64,000 nt of DNA, taken from an uncultured Eubacterium sp. (GTDB lineage Bacteria; Bacillota; Clostridia; Lachnospirales; Lachnospiraceae). The notes beneath the pieces were generated by a model. It searched no databases, was not told where the DNA came from, and saw only the letters and a program-made list of their open reading frames with translations. Positions 38,106 to 47,651 of the stretch are shown here, one piece after another. The stretch covers positions 5,571-69,570 of the forward strand of contig CANRTU010000015.1 of assembly GCA_947642745.1 (NCBI GenBank), in the 5' to 3' direction. Within the stretch, counting starts at the first letter, position 1, and each line of letters begins with the position of its first letter. The translations under genes and the position numbers were made by a program.

Positions 38106-39482
38106 CTATGGACGATCCGCCCCGTCGTCTGTATCTGTATTTGTTTCTGTCCCTGTCTGGTCGTCCGCTATCGTATCCCCGATTCCTCCATTTCCGGGAC
38201 TATTGTTATCCGGATCGTTATCGCCAGTCCCCTGCCCGGTATCTGAATAAATCGTATATGATATCTGGTTATCCCCTGCAATATATTTGTTGTCCAGTAA
38301 CAGCTGCAGCTGTCCCACATGACTTCCGGCCATCTTTCCGCCTACATCAAGTACTGGATGCAGTTCCTGAATGGTCAGTGCGTCCAGATCATTTTTCAGT
38401 CCATAAATAACCATATCCACACTTTCACCATGAAACTCGATCCGGTATCCTTCTGGCAGGTTATCCACACTGATGTTTTGTGACGGCACTTTAAATACCC
38501 TGCGCTCCAGTTCTTCCACATCTACTTTTACGATAATGCTGGCTTCTTTGGAATTGCTCAGGGATACACCGTCTGGCAGATACTTGGTCAGGTCTACCTG
38601 CTGCTCAAACTTCTCATCCACATTATCCACACTGATTACATTTTCCGGTATTGTAATCGTACTGATGGAATTAAGTATTTCTGACCTGCCTTTAATCGTC
38701 ACTTCCGGCGGATCAGTTTTTACAGAAATTACTTCAAATCCGGAAGCCGGCTTTCCTGTGTAACTTGCCTTTACCGGAACTGTTTTTTCTGATATGATGT
38801 TTACCTTTACCGTCACAGCTTTCAGGTTTAAGGTAAGTCTGGTAGTATCAATCGCTTCTTCTTTATCATCCAGCAGCACTGGTACGACACCATCTGAAAC
38901 AGAGGTGCTCATACCGGAAATATCCACCACCGCTTTGACACTGTCAATTCTGGAAACCACTTCTTTTGGCCCGGATACTTTGAGCAGGTTCGGCGTCACT
39001 TCCATGGTTCCCAGCGCATATCCTTCCGCCGGCTTTCCCTGCGTCCCTGCCTGAATGACCAGCGTTGTGCTCATCAGATCTTCCAGGCTGACTTTTATTT
39101 CCTGTACACGTTTGGATATCGTCAGCTGGCTGGCATACCGCTGGGCGGTGATTTCCACCGGTACGATACTTTTATCCGTTCCCTGGATCAGCTGGCTCAT
39201 ATCCGCAACCGCCTTAAAATCCGAACTGCTCAGTTCCTGTATAATACTACGCTTTCCCAGTACATTAAACGTCACATAGGCAGATTCATTCTCAAACTCA
39301 AAATATTTGTTCATTGCGGTAACCGCATTTTCATTTTCAATGGTCACCGCCGCTGTAAACGGCTTATTAATGGTCGGATCACTGATATTTACCACCGCCA
39401 TCCACATGGCAACCGCAAACAGGAGCGCCAGTATTTTAAGGCCCAGATTATTTGTCAGCCTTTTTATTAATCTTCTTAACAT
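38106..39482 (-). CDS. cdaR: CdaR/YbbR-domain regulator of diadenylate cyclase
   Basis: N-terminal TM, repeated YbbR-like domains, position between cdaA and glmM. Confidence 0.88.
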   Translation of the reverse strand: MLRRLIKRLTNNLGLKILALLFAVAMWMAVVNISDPTINKPFTAAVTIENENAVTAMNKYFEFENESAYVTFNVLGKRSIIQELSSSDFKAVADMSQLIQGTDKSIVPVEITAQRYASQLTISKRVQEIKVSLEDLMSTTLVIQAGTQGKPAEGYALGTMEVTPNLLKVSGPKEVVSRIDSVKAVVDISGMSTSVSDGVVPVLLDDKEEAIDTTRLTLNLKAVTVKVNIISEKTVPVKASYTGKPASGFEVISVKTDPPEVTIKGRSEILNSISTITIPENVISVDNVDEKFEQQVDLTKYLPDGVSLSNSKEASIIVKVDVEELERRVFKVPSQNISVDNLPEGYRIEFHGESVDMVIYGLKNDLDALTIQELHPVLDVGGKMAGSHVGQLQLLLDNKYIAGDNQISYTIYSDTGQGTGDNDPDNNSPGNGGIGDTIADDQTGTETNTDTDDGADRP

Positions 39483-40350
39483 TTTTCAGCCTCCTTTGCA
39501 GTAATCTCAGGCGGGACTGTTCCACATCCGCATTCTGGATCAGCTTTAAATGTTCCCGCAGTCCGTCCTGTGTCAGCTCCCGGAAAATCCTCCCTCCTTT
39601 TGCTATGGATACTGCCCCGGTTTCTTCGGACACAATAATAGTCACCGAATCACTGACTTCGCTGATGCCGATTGCCGCACGGTGTCTGGTTCCCAGTTCT
39701 TTGCTGATGGCCAGGCTGTCAGACAGCGGCAGATAGCAGGTCGCTGACACGATTCTGTCCCCCCGGACGATAATCGCCCCGTCATGAAGCGGTGTATTTT
39801 TTTCAAATATGTTAATCAGAAGCTGACTGGTAAGTATGGAGTCCAGGGCAATCCCGGTACGTTCATATTCCGCCAGCACAATTTCCTGTTCTATGACAAT
39901 CAGCGCCCCGGTTTTCACTTTGCCCATTTCAAAGCAGGCTTTCACCAGTTCATTAATCGTCTTGTCACTAAACCGGCTCGTATCCGAAGCTGAGTCAAAA
40001 TCGAACAACGCTGATACAAACCGCTTTCTGCCCAGCTGTTCCAGCGCTTTACGAAGCTCCGGCTGAAAAATCACCGCCAGGGCAACAACCGCTACGTTTA
40101 CGGTTTTTTCCGCCAGCCACAGAATCGTGCTCATCTGAAAAAGAGCCGCAATCAGTATAAATATTAATATTACGATAATTCCCTTTAACAGCATCCATGC
40201 ACGGGTACCCTTGATCCATGCCAGTATATTATAAAATAAAAATGCAATAATCAGGATCTCTACTGCATCGGTGGGCGTCATCTTGGGCGGGGTGATCCAG
40301 TTCATATATTTTGCCGCAAATCCCTGTATTACACTCACCAGTGTCTGCAC
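39448..40350 (-). CDS. cdaA: Membrane diadenylate cyclase
   Basis: 3 TM segments, FQPELR, PLHDGA, GTRHRAA, VSEETG. Confidence 0.96.
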   Translation of the reverse strand: MQTLVSVIQGFAAKYMNWITPPKMTPTDAVEILIIAFLFYNILAWIKGTRAWMLLKGIIVILIFILIAALFQMSTILWLAEKTVNVAVVALAVIFQPELRKALEQLGRKRFVSALFDFDSASDTSRFSDKTINELVKACFEMGKVKTGALIVIEQEIVLAEYERTGIALDSILTSQLLINIFEKNTPLHDGAIIVRGDRIVSATCYLPLSDSLAISKELGTRHRAAIGISEVSDSVTIIVSEETGAVSIAKGGRIFRELTQDGLREHLKLIQNADVEQSRLRLLQRRLKNVKKINKKADK

Positions 40351-40385
40351 GTTGTCACTTCCCTTCCTTCTGATTTTCTTATGCT

Positions 40386-41417
40386 TCAGTATTCGTCGTC
40401 CGTATCGTCTTCATCGTCTTCATCCATATGGATATCCATATCCTTCATCAGCGCTTCTCTCGTAACGCCGTCTCTTTTTCCAGACTTATTCGCACTGATT
40501 TTCTTTACCGTCTTTCTGCCGGCCGGAACATACCGCTTTGGTACAGCCTTAACATAATAATAGTATTCGTCATCCTCAAACTGCACCCGTTCTGTCCTTG
40601 TATAATCCAGATTGAAACAAAAAAACTGTATAATAACAAGTATCAGTCCGCTGACTGCGCACCCTGCCGCCAGCATGGCCGACTGGTTCCGCATTCCGAT
40701 CTGCATGTATCCGATCACAAATACAAGAAACTGCGCCAGTACCCCTATCACAATGGCAAACGTCCATGAATAATCCACTGGAAGCCGGCGGATCAGATAA
40801 ACCAGCAGCATAATCATGACCGTAACCGCTACAGCCAGATACATCTCCCGGTTACCCGCAAACTGCCTGATAATATCCTGGAATCTGGCAATCAGTTCCT
40901 CCTCTCCTTCTGCCCGGACAGAGAGACTGGTAGCGCTGGCTGTAATTCCATCCAGATAATAATAAGTAATTATCCCGCAAACCGTAGGAAGTACCGCCGC
41001 TGGTGTCTGCAGCAGCCCGTTTGCCACCGGCATCACATATGGAATGCCCAGCAGACATGCCAGGGGCGTCAGCAGAGCGTTATACGCATACTGGGACGCA
41101 AACCGGAAGTATAGCAGATACATAATGACAAACAACACAAAAATAATAACACCTGCCTGCATAGATAAAGCATAGCAGTGCAGTGTAATCATTCCTCCCG
41201 CCGCCAGAAGCATCGCCGTCACCGGCAGAACAGAACATGCCAGCGCCAGAATCAGCACCAGTGGTACGCTGTGCAGCCGCAGCATATATCCAAGTCTGTC
41301 ATTAATCTGCCAGAATACGGTAAGCCCGAACAAAAATTTAGTAACCGGTACAATCCACACCCCGTATTTTACATAAAAGCCACGCAGCTTTTCCCTGAAT
41401 TCCAATAATCCTGTCAT
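40386..41417 (-). CDS. Polytopic membrane protein of unknown function
   Basis: Many TM segments; C-terminal DYTRTERVQFEDDEYYYYVKAVPK; good RBS. Confidence 0.75.
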   Translation of the reverse strand: MTGLLEFREKLRGFYVKYGVWIVPVTKFLFGLTVFWQINDRLGYMLRLHSVPLVLILALACSVLPVTAMLLAAGGMITLHCYALSMQAGVIIFVLFVIMYLLYFRFASQYAYNALLTPLACLLGIPYVMPVANGLLQTPAAVLPTVCGIITYYYLDGITASATSLSVRAEGEEELIARFQDIIRQFAGNREMYLAVAVTVMIMLLVYLIRRLPVDYSWTFAIVIGVLAQFLVFVIGYMQIGMRNQSAMLAAGCAVSGLILVIIQFFCFNLDYTRTERVQFEDDEYYYYVKAVPKRYVPAGRKTVKKISANKSGKRDGVTREALMKDMDIHMDEDDEDDTDDEY

Positions 41418-41497
41418 AGATCCTCCTTGCGGAACAGTAAAATCTCCTCCGGAACCGTATATGCCTGATACCCGGCAAGCCTGTCATACGCTCCTCC

Positions 41498-41941
41498 TTA
41501 TGGACGGGCAGTATCTTCCGTGGAACCATGCAGACCAGCGGCCGCACGCTCTTCCTGCTCTTTATACAGCCGTCCCAGATGTTTCAGCCTCCTCAGATGC
41601 CGCTTCTGGCTGCGTCTGCCCGCAGCGTAATGCATATTTGCGTATACAGCCACACCAATCAGATATACAATGAGAAAAAGCAGATACCGCACCAGTATGG
41701 ATATTCCAAATTGTATCACATCCATGGAAGGCAGTTCATGGATCAGCTCTTCCATATGGCAGACGCCCCACGCCAGCAGCATCAGTCCAAATGCCACTGT
41801 GGCGCAAAAAAAGCCTTTGATCAGATGCCTTCCCACAAAATCACGGCGGTAAAACCGCATGGCCCCGTGATATCTCTTCCCTTCCTGTTGTTCATAAGCG
41901 GCCAGTTTCGTCATCTCACAGACACGTTCCCTGTCAATCAT
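41498..41941 (-). CDS. Two-TM protein of unknown function
   Basis: 147 aa with two hydrophobic segments; co-oriented with the cda operon. Confidence 0.7.
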   Translation of the reverse strand: MIDRERVCEMTKLAAYEQQEGKRYHGAMRFYRRDFVGRHLIKGFFCATVAFGLMLLAWGVCHMEELIHELPSMDVIQFGISILVRYLLFLIVYLIGVAVYANMHYAAGRRSQKRHLRRLKHLGRLYKEQEERAAAGLHGSTEDTARP

Positions 41942-42156
41942 GCCATCCCTGCTCCTTTTATTATATTCACAGACCGTTACTGTTCACAATTTACAGAAAA
42001 GCCTCTATTTTCCATCTGTCAGCAACAGAAATAAAGCAGTAACAGCCGCATGGCACAAATAACCGTCATACCCCTTCTTGCCTGCTTCTTACCGGGATGC
42101 CCTGTCATGCATACGGACATCCTGCTCCTGTGGGTATATGCGGATTTACATCGCTG

Positions 42157-42322
42157 CCAGTGTACTGTATCATTGATACTCAGCCAAACCTCCCTGCTCA
42201 GGCTTCCATCGGACTGCGTTGCCTTCACTCAGCGATGCCACCGCATCGCCTCGTTCAGGCGCCTTGCCGCTGAAATCCTGTTCAGCGGAGTTTTGACAGA
42301 TATCAACGATACAATACACTAG
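42157..42322. repeat. 166-bp long imperfect palindrome, Clostridiales-1-like RNA motif or MITE
   Basis: Arms C(C/T)AGTGTAYTGTATCRTTGATA pair over about 22 bp; internal GGCAAGGCG / GGCAACGCAG loop motif. Family name is from memory. Confidence 0.6.
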
Positions 42323-42481
42323 CGATAGCCTTTTACAATAATATTTTTATTATAACACAGTCTTTTCTATATGAAAAGATTTTTTATGAACATAAAAAGT
42401 ATCCGGCAAAGCCGGATACTGCGCCTGCGGCGGTCTGCCCGGAGGACTCTTTGTTTTATATAAAGTAATGTTCTGTAACGC

Positions 42482-42525
42482 AAAAAAGAGAATGCCTGCT
42501 GTACAATGCCAGCCGCATCCTCTTT
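42482..42525 (-). terminator. Terminator after the yvyF-like gene
   Basis: AAAGAGGATGC...GCATTCTCTTTTTT. Confidence 0.6.
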
Positions 42526-42543
42526 CGTGGTTTTCAGGCGTTT

Positions 42544-42951
42544 TTAATTATCCAGAAAACGCATCCGGTTTCCGTCGGATTTTCTTTTTGGCTTATCAGC
42601 CCTCACCGGTTCACTATGTATCGCCTGATTCAGGTTATTGATTACTTTCCCTTTACACGCATCACAGTATTTGCCAAACTTGATCATTGTGCCACAGTTC
42701 ATGCACTCAATACCTACCGGAGAATCATCAGAAAATTTTAAACGTTCTTCACGTACCCATGTTTTCAGCTGCTTGACTGTAACCTCATTTGCCTCTGATA
42801 CTTCCGTCAGTGACGCAGTCGGATTCTCCCGGATAAAATCCTTCACCTCTTTGAATTTTTCTTCCAGTTTTTCCACACACGCCGGACAGATACCCGGCCC
42901 TGCCAGATAATTAAACAGGCGTTTACAGTTTTTACATGGCCTTACATCCAT
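42544..42951 (-). CDS. Flagellar operon protein YvyF-like
   Basis: CKNC..CPAC, F..VKDFIRENP, WVREERL, second Cys cluster; downstream of comF. Confidence 0.85.
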   Translation of the reverse strand: MDVRPCKNCKRLFNYLAGPGICPACVEKLEEKFKEVKDFIRENPTASLTEVSEANEVTVKQLKTWVREERLKFSDDSPVGIECMNCGTMIKFGKYCDACKGKVINNLNQAIHSEPVRADKPKRKSDGNRMRFLDN

Positions 42952-42981
42952 AATATATGCCCCTTTCCATATATAATTCTG

Positions 42982-43737
42982 TTACTGCCCCTGCCCTATG
43001 CTGATACACAAAAAGTATACTTCCGTCACTCCTGCCTGCTTTAATACAAGTGCGGCTGCGTCAATCGTACTTCCGGTCGTATAGATGTCATCAACCAGCA
43101 GGACTCTGTCTAATTTTACTACATTTCCGCCTATTTTAAAAGCATTTTTCAGATTATTTTTACGATCCCGGACAGAAAGCTGTTTCTGTGGCGTCGTATT
43201 CCTGATCCGCAGGAGAATTCCTGTACGGCAGGGCAGTCCGCAAAGCTGCGCAAAGCGCCTGGCAAAGGTTTCCGCCTGATTATATCCCCGCAGCCGCCGT
43301 TTCTGTTTTGACAGCGGCACCGGAATTATCTGCGTGATTTTCTGCTGTTTTACCCAGTCCCCGTACAGCCTTGCGGCTTCCGTGGCAAAAAACTCTGTAT
43401 AATCCCTGCGGTTACTGTATTTGTACCGGTATATGATCTGCCTCATCTGACCCTGGTATAGAAATACCGCCTTTCCCTGACGGAATTCATGATGCCTGCC
43501 GCCGCAGTCGCCGCAATATTCCTGCCAGGCTCCGGTTAACGGTTTGCCGCAGCTGTAACAGGCTGGCTGCTTCACATAGCGGATTCTGGAGAGGCACGCC
43601 GGACAGATCAGCGTATCGTACAACACCCGGTCGCAGACCGGACAGCGGTCCGGATACAGCTGCCGTACAAGCTGCCGCATATATTTTCTGCATATGTTTA
43701 ATAATAATTTTTCTTTAATCAATCGTCCTTTCCGCAT
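42982..43737 (-). CDS. comF: ComF family protein; start uncertain
   Basis: Double zinc ribbon, RGYNQA, VLLVDDIYTTGST. Confidence 0.92.
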   Translation of the reverse strand: MRKGRLIKEKLLLNICRKYMRQLVRQLYPDRCPVCDRVLYDTLICPACLSRIRYVKQPACYSCGKPLTGAWQEYCGDCGGRHHEFRQGKAVFLYQGQMRQIIYRYKYSNRRDYTEFFATEAARLYGDWVKQQKITQIIPVPLSKQKRRLRGYNQAETFARRFAQLCGLPCRTGILLRIRNTTPQKQLSVRDRKNNLKNAFKIGGNVVKLDRVLLVDDIYTTGSTIDAAALVLKQAGVTEVYFLCISIGQGQ

Positions 43738-43883
43738 CCCTGTCAGACAAAACGCCGCTGATATGCGCCGCTGCGGAATGCAATCATTTCATCCGGCAGG
43801 TTTTCCGGCATTACTCTTCTGCAGCCTTATATTCCCCGCTTTCAGCAAAAAACCAGCTCCGCCCGCCGGATATCAATACGTTT

Positions 43884-46133
43884 TCATACCGTTTCCTGCA
43901 TACGGGCGTTCTGCGCCTGTTCCAGAATACGGTCTTTTAATCCACTGTACCGTTTCTGTTCACTGATATTATCCACCATAGCCTCAAAGGTACGTTCATC
44001 GCCTACCAGGGTTACGCACTTTCTGGCTCTGGTAACCGCTGTATAGAGCAGATTACGGTTCATCAGCATTCTGGGACCGGCCAGTAGCGGTATCACCACC
44101 GCCGGATATTCACTTCCCTGGGATTTATGAATGGTAACCGCATAGGCCAGTTCCAGCTCCTCCAGCTGTCTGAACGGATATTCCACTATACGGCCCTCAT
44201 CAAATTCAATCGTAATCAGTTCTGTCAGATCATGAATACTGCGGATAATGCCCATATCCCCGTTAAAAATACCCATGCCTTTCTCTACAGCCAGACCGTA
44301 ACGGTTACGGATTTCCCATTCCGTCTGGTAACTGTTTTTTACCTGCATGACTTTATCGCCCTCCCGGAATATGATCCCGCTATGTTCTTTTTCCGCTTTG
44401 TCCGGTGACGGCGGATTAATATACTGCTGCAGTATGGTATTTAGGCGGGTCACTCCCAGCAGCCCTTTTCGCATGGGCGCCAGCACCTGGATATCAGCGA
44501 TACCGGCATCCACATACCCGGGCATTTTCTGGATCACCAGCTGCAGTACCACATTCACGATTTTGTCCGCATCATAACGTTTTAAAAAGAAGAAGTCACG
44601 GCTTTTATTGTCCAGCGTAATTTTTTCACCGCCGTTAATTTTGTGGGCGTTCATAATAATATCGCTCTGGCCCGCCTGACGGAAAATTTTGTTCAGGCGC
44701 ACGACCCGGTATTCTCCGGAATCAATGATATCCTTTAATACACTGCCCGGTCCCACGCTGGGCAGCTGGTTTGTATCTCCCACCAGTATCAGCCGTGCGG
44801 GCGGGGTAATTGCTTTTAACAGGGAATTCATCAGGGAAATATCCACCATGGACATTTCATCTATAATTATCGCATCCGCTTCCAGCGGATTGGACTCGTT
44901 GCGTTCAAAACCGGCTTCGCCTTCGATTCCTCCGCTGATTTCCAGCATCCGGTGAATGGTACGGGCTTCATAACCGGTGGTCTCACTCATACGTTTTGCC
45001 GCCCGTCCCGTAGGCGCCGCCAGCATAAAGTCCATGCCTTCCATTTCGAAATAACGGATAATGGAATTAATAATCGTCGTCTTCCCGGTTCCCGGTCCTC
45101 CGGTAACAACCAGCAGCCCGTTTCGCACCGCTTCACATACTGCCTGACGCTGCTGTGACTCCAGCACCATGCCGGTCTGTTTTTCAATTCTGGCTATTCC
45201 GGTATCCAGCTCTTCTTTTGCCACTTTATACTGATGATTCAGCTCCCGCAGCAGAAAGGCCACATTGTGTTCCATATTGTAATAGGGAGACGCAAAAAGC
45301 TGTACTTCCTTTTCGCAGGATACGATTACAATTCTGCGTTCCATTGCCAGATCAGTATAATGTTTTCCGATCAGGGCCGCATCAATACCCAGCAGCTCCG
45401 CTACCCGCCCGGTCAGTTCCTGCTGTGGCAGATACGTATGCCCTTCTCCGGCTGCCTGCATCAGCGTATATACGATACCGCTGCGGATACGGAAATCAGA
45501 ATCTGTACTGATTCCCGCACGGTGTGCGATTTCATCCGCAATTTTGAAACCTACCCCCCGGATATCATCCGCCAGCCGGTAAGGATTTTCCCGGATTACC
45601 CCATAGATCTGCGGCCCGTATTTCTGATAGATTTTCACGGCCAGATTCAGGGATATTCCAAACTGCTGGAGAAAAATCATGCCCTGACGCAGTTCTCTTT
45701 TTTCCATGATCTGAACCCCGATTTCCTGCGCCCTGCGTTCACTGATTCCCCGGATCTCCGCCAGCCGCTCCGGCTCCTCTTCCACAATACGGAACGTATC
45801 GCTTCCAAACCTGCGTACAATGCGTGCGGCCATGGCCGGTCCGATGCCTTTAATGGCGCCGGAACCCAGATACCGTTCGATGGCAGCCTCGTCCTCCGGC
45901 TCTTTTTCTTCGTATGTCTCCACCCTGAACTGTCTGCCGTATGAAGGATGGGCCGTATATCTGCCAGCAAACTCCACGATCATCCCTTCTGATACGCCGT
46001 TCATCATACCCACGCAGGTGAGTTCCCCATCATCGGTATGAAGCGTAAGCACCGTATAACCGTTTTCCTGATTCTGATAAATGAAATTATGGATGTATCC
46101 TGTGACTTTTTCCACTGTGGCTCCTTTTATCAT
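43884..46133 (-). CDS. recD2: ATP-dependent RecD2-like DNA helicase
   Basis: TGGPGTGKT, APTGRAAKR, IIDEMSM, GDTNQLPSVG, TIHKSQGSE, YTAVTRA. Confidence 0.95.
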   Translation of the reverse strand: MIKGATVEKVTGYIHNFIYQNQENGYTVLTLHTDDGELTCVGMMNGVSEGMIVEFAGRYTAHPSYGRQFRVETYEEKEPEDEAAIERYLGSGAIKGIGPAMAARIVRRFGSDTFRIVEEEPERLAEIRGISERRAQEIGVQIMEKRELRQGMIFLQQFGISLNLAVKIYQKYGPQIYGVIRENPYRLADDIRGVGFKIADEIAHRAGISTDSDFRIRSGIVYTLMQAAGEGHTYLPQQELTGRVAELLGIDAALIGKHYTDLAMERRIVIVSCEKEVQLFASPYYNMEHNVAFLLRELNHQYKVAKEELDTGIARIEKQTGMVLESQQRQAVCEAVRNGLLVVTGGPGTGKTTIINSIIRYFEMEGMDFMLAAPTGRAAKRMSETTGYEARTIHRMLEISGGIEGEAGFERNESNPLEADAIIIDEMSMVDISLMNSLLKAITPPARLILVGDTNQLPSVGPGSVLKDIIDSGEYRVVRLNKIFRQAGQSDIIMNAHKINGGEKITLDNKSRDFFFLKRYDADKIVNVVLQLVIQKMPGYVDAGIADIQVLAPMRKGLLGVTRLNTILQQYINPPSPDKAEKEHSGIIFREGDKVMQVKNSYQTEWEIRNRYGLAVEKGMGIFNGDMGIIRSIHDLTELITIEFDEGRIVEYPFRQLEELELAYAVTIHKSQGSEYPAVVIPLLAGPRMLMNRNLLYTAVTRARKCVTLVGDERTFEAMVDNISEQKRYSGLKDRILEQAQNARMQETV

Positions 46134-46221
46134 GACTCTGACATCATCTATTTTTGCGCATCTGTTTTTCTGATCTGTTTATTCTGATCTGAAAAACAGA
46201 TACGTTCCGGAAAATATCCTG

Positions 46222-46248
46222 AAAAAAGGACCGCATTAAGCAGTCCTT
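46222..46248 (-). terminator. Terminator after the FlgJ-like gene
   Basis: AAGGACTGC-TTAAT-GCGGTCCTTTTTT. Confidence 0.7.
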
Positions 46249-46252
46249 CTGG

Positions 46253-46609
46253 TTACTCTTCTTCTACAATTCCATAATTGCGCTTCATCTGCTTATACAG
46301 CTGCTGCGCAAGCGGCCCGCCAGACTGTTCTGTGGTCTGGGAGGCAAGGGTCTGGATGACGCCGTCTTTAAAATAATCTACCAGGTTAGCCAGAGAAGAA
46401 TCCCCTTCCTCGGTTTTCCCTACAGATTTGAACATTTCTTTGTATACCTGCTCCATAAAGTAGGATTCAAATTCTTTACATACTTCCTTTAACTCATCCG
46501 CTGAGGAATCAGAACCTACACCTTTTAATTTTCCGGACATCCCATTCCCGGATATGTCTGCGGCCGGTGTATTCAGGTATGTGTTGATACTATTTGTCAT
46601 CATGCTCAT
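46253..46609 (-). CDS. Rod-binding protein (FlgJ N-terminal-like)
   Basis: LKEVCKEFESYFMEQVYKEM...LAQQLYKQM; follows flgG. Confidence 0.8.
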   Translation of the reverse strand: MSMMTNSINTYLNTPAADISGNGMSGKLKGVGSDSSADELKEVCKEFESYFMEQVYKEMFKSVGKTEEGDSSLANLVDYFKDGVIQTLASQTTEQSGGPLAQQLYKQMKRNYGIVEEE

Positions 46610-46621
46610 TTGTCATTCCTC

Positions 46622-47434
46622 CTACCGCTTCAGGTTATTCGCCTGCTCCAGCATTGTGTCAGAGGTGGTAATGGCCCTGGAATTCAGTTCATATGCCCTC
46701 TGGGCAATAATCATATTAACCATCTCATCCGCCACCTGTACATTGGAACCTTCCAGATGACTCTGGGCAATTTTACTCTGCCTTAATCCCGGATTAGCCG
46801 CCTCATTCATTGGCGCACCGGAAGCATCCGTTTCCCTGTAGTATGTACCAGTTATCTTCTCAAGTCCGGCATCGTTGTTAAACTGCCAAAGACCTATCGA
46901 CTGGTTCATATCCACATACTCGTTTCCATTCATATAGGAAATCCTGCCGCCGCTGTCAATCGTCACCTGTTCCGAAGAAATCTCATCCGGTATGACAATT
47001 TCATTTCCATTGGAATCCATCACCTGATAGCCTTCTGAAGTGCAAAGCGTCAGGCCGTTGGCTCCCTGTGCCCAGACAAAATCACCATTTCTTGTATAAT
47101 AAATCTCATCGTTAATTCCACTGACCGCAAACAGGCCGTTTCCTTCAATAGCCAGCGCACTTTTGCTGTCCACGTTAAATATCGGGCCCTGTTCAAAACT
47201 GGACGTAATGGACGCCACCCTGGTTCCAAGACCTACCTGCGCGGAAATTGGTTTTTCTTCTCCGTTAGCCGTAGTCGTACGGGTCTGCAGGGTCTGGTAC
47301 AGCAGTGTTTTAAATTCCGGTTTTTCAGTTTTATAACCATTTGTGTTGACGTTTGCAAGATTATGCGAAATTGAATCCAGATTCGTCTGTTGCGCCCGCA
47401 TACCTGATGCTGCGGACCATAATGCTCTCATCAT
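46622..47434 (-). CDS. flgG: Flagellar basal-body rod protein FlgG
   Basis: SHNLANVNTNGYK, YTRNGDF, LEGSNVQVADEMVNMIIAQRAYELNS. Confidence 0.9.
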   Translation of the reverse strand: MMRALWSAASGMRAQQTNLDSISHNLANVNTNGYKTEKPEFKTLLYQTLQTRTTTANGEEKPISAQVGLGTRVASITSSFEQGPIFNVDSKSALAIEGNGLFAVSGINDEIYYTRNGDFVWAQGANGLTLCTSEGYQVMDSNGNEIVIPDEISSEQVTIDSGGRISYMNGNEYVDMNQSIGLWQFNNDAGLEKITGTYYRETDASGAPMNEAANPGLRQSKIAQSHLEGSNVQVADEMVNMIIAQRAYELNSRAITTSDTMLEQANNLKR

Positions 47435-47499
47435 AATTTGTAATCTCCTTCCACGGCATTCCATGCCACTCTTACGCCTTCCGTGGTCTGATTATTTAT

Positions 47500-47526
47500 A
47501 TATCGGCATATCCCATCTGTTAGATA
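47500..47526 (-). promoter_or_regulatory. Candidate sigma28 promoter upstream of flgG
   Basis: Consensus -10 box GCCGATAT; weak -35. Confidence 0.55.
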
Positions 47527-47651
47527 ACCGGCAGAAACTGTTAATCTGTTAATTTTTCAGTAAAACAATCTGACAGATCCGTTCCGCCTTCTTTCCAGCC
47601 ACATTTCACAAAACGCAAGATCCGGACACAGATACAGTTTCCGCTCTTTCA

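Noticed and set aside
42019-42330. raiA-motif RNA or small ORFs, suggested by proximity to comF
   Set aside because: The sequence is one long palindrome and does not resemble the raiA motif as I recall it; the ORFs are incidental.
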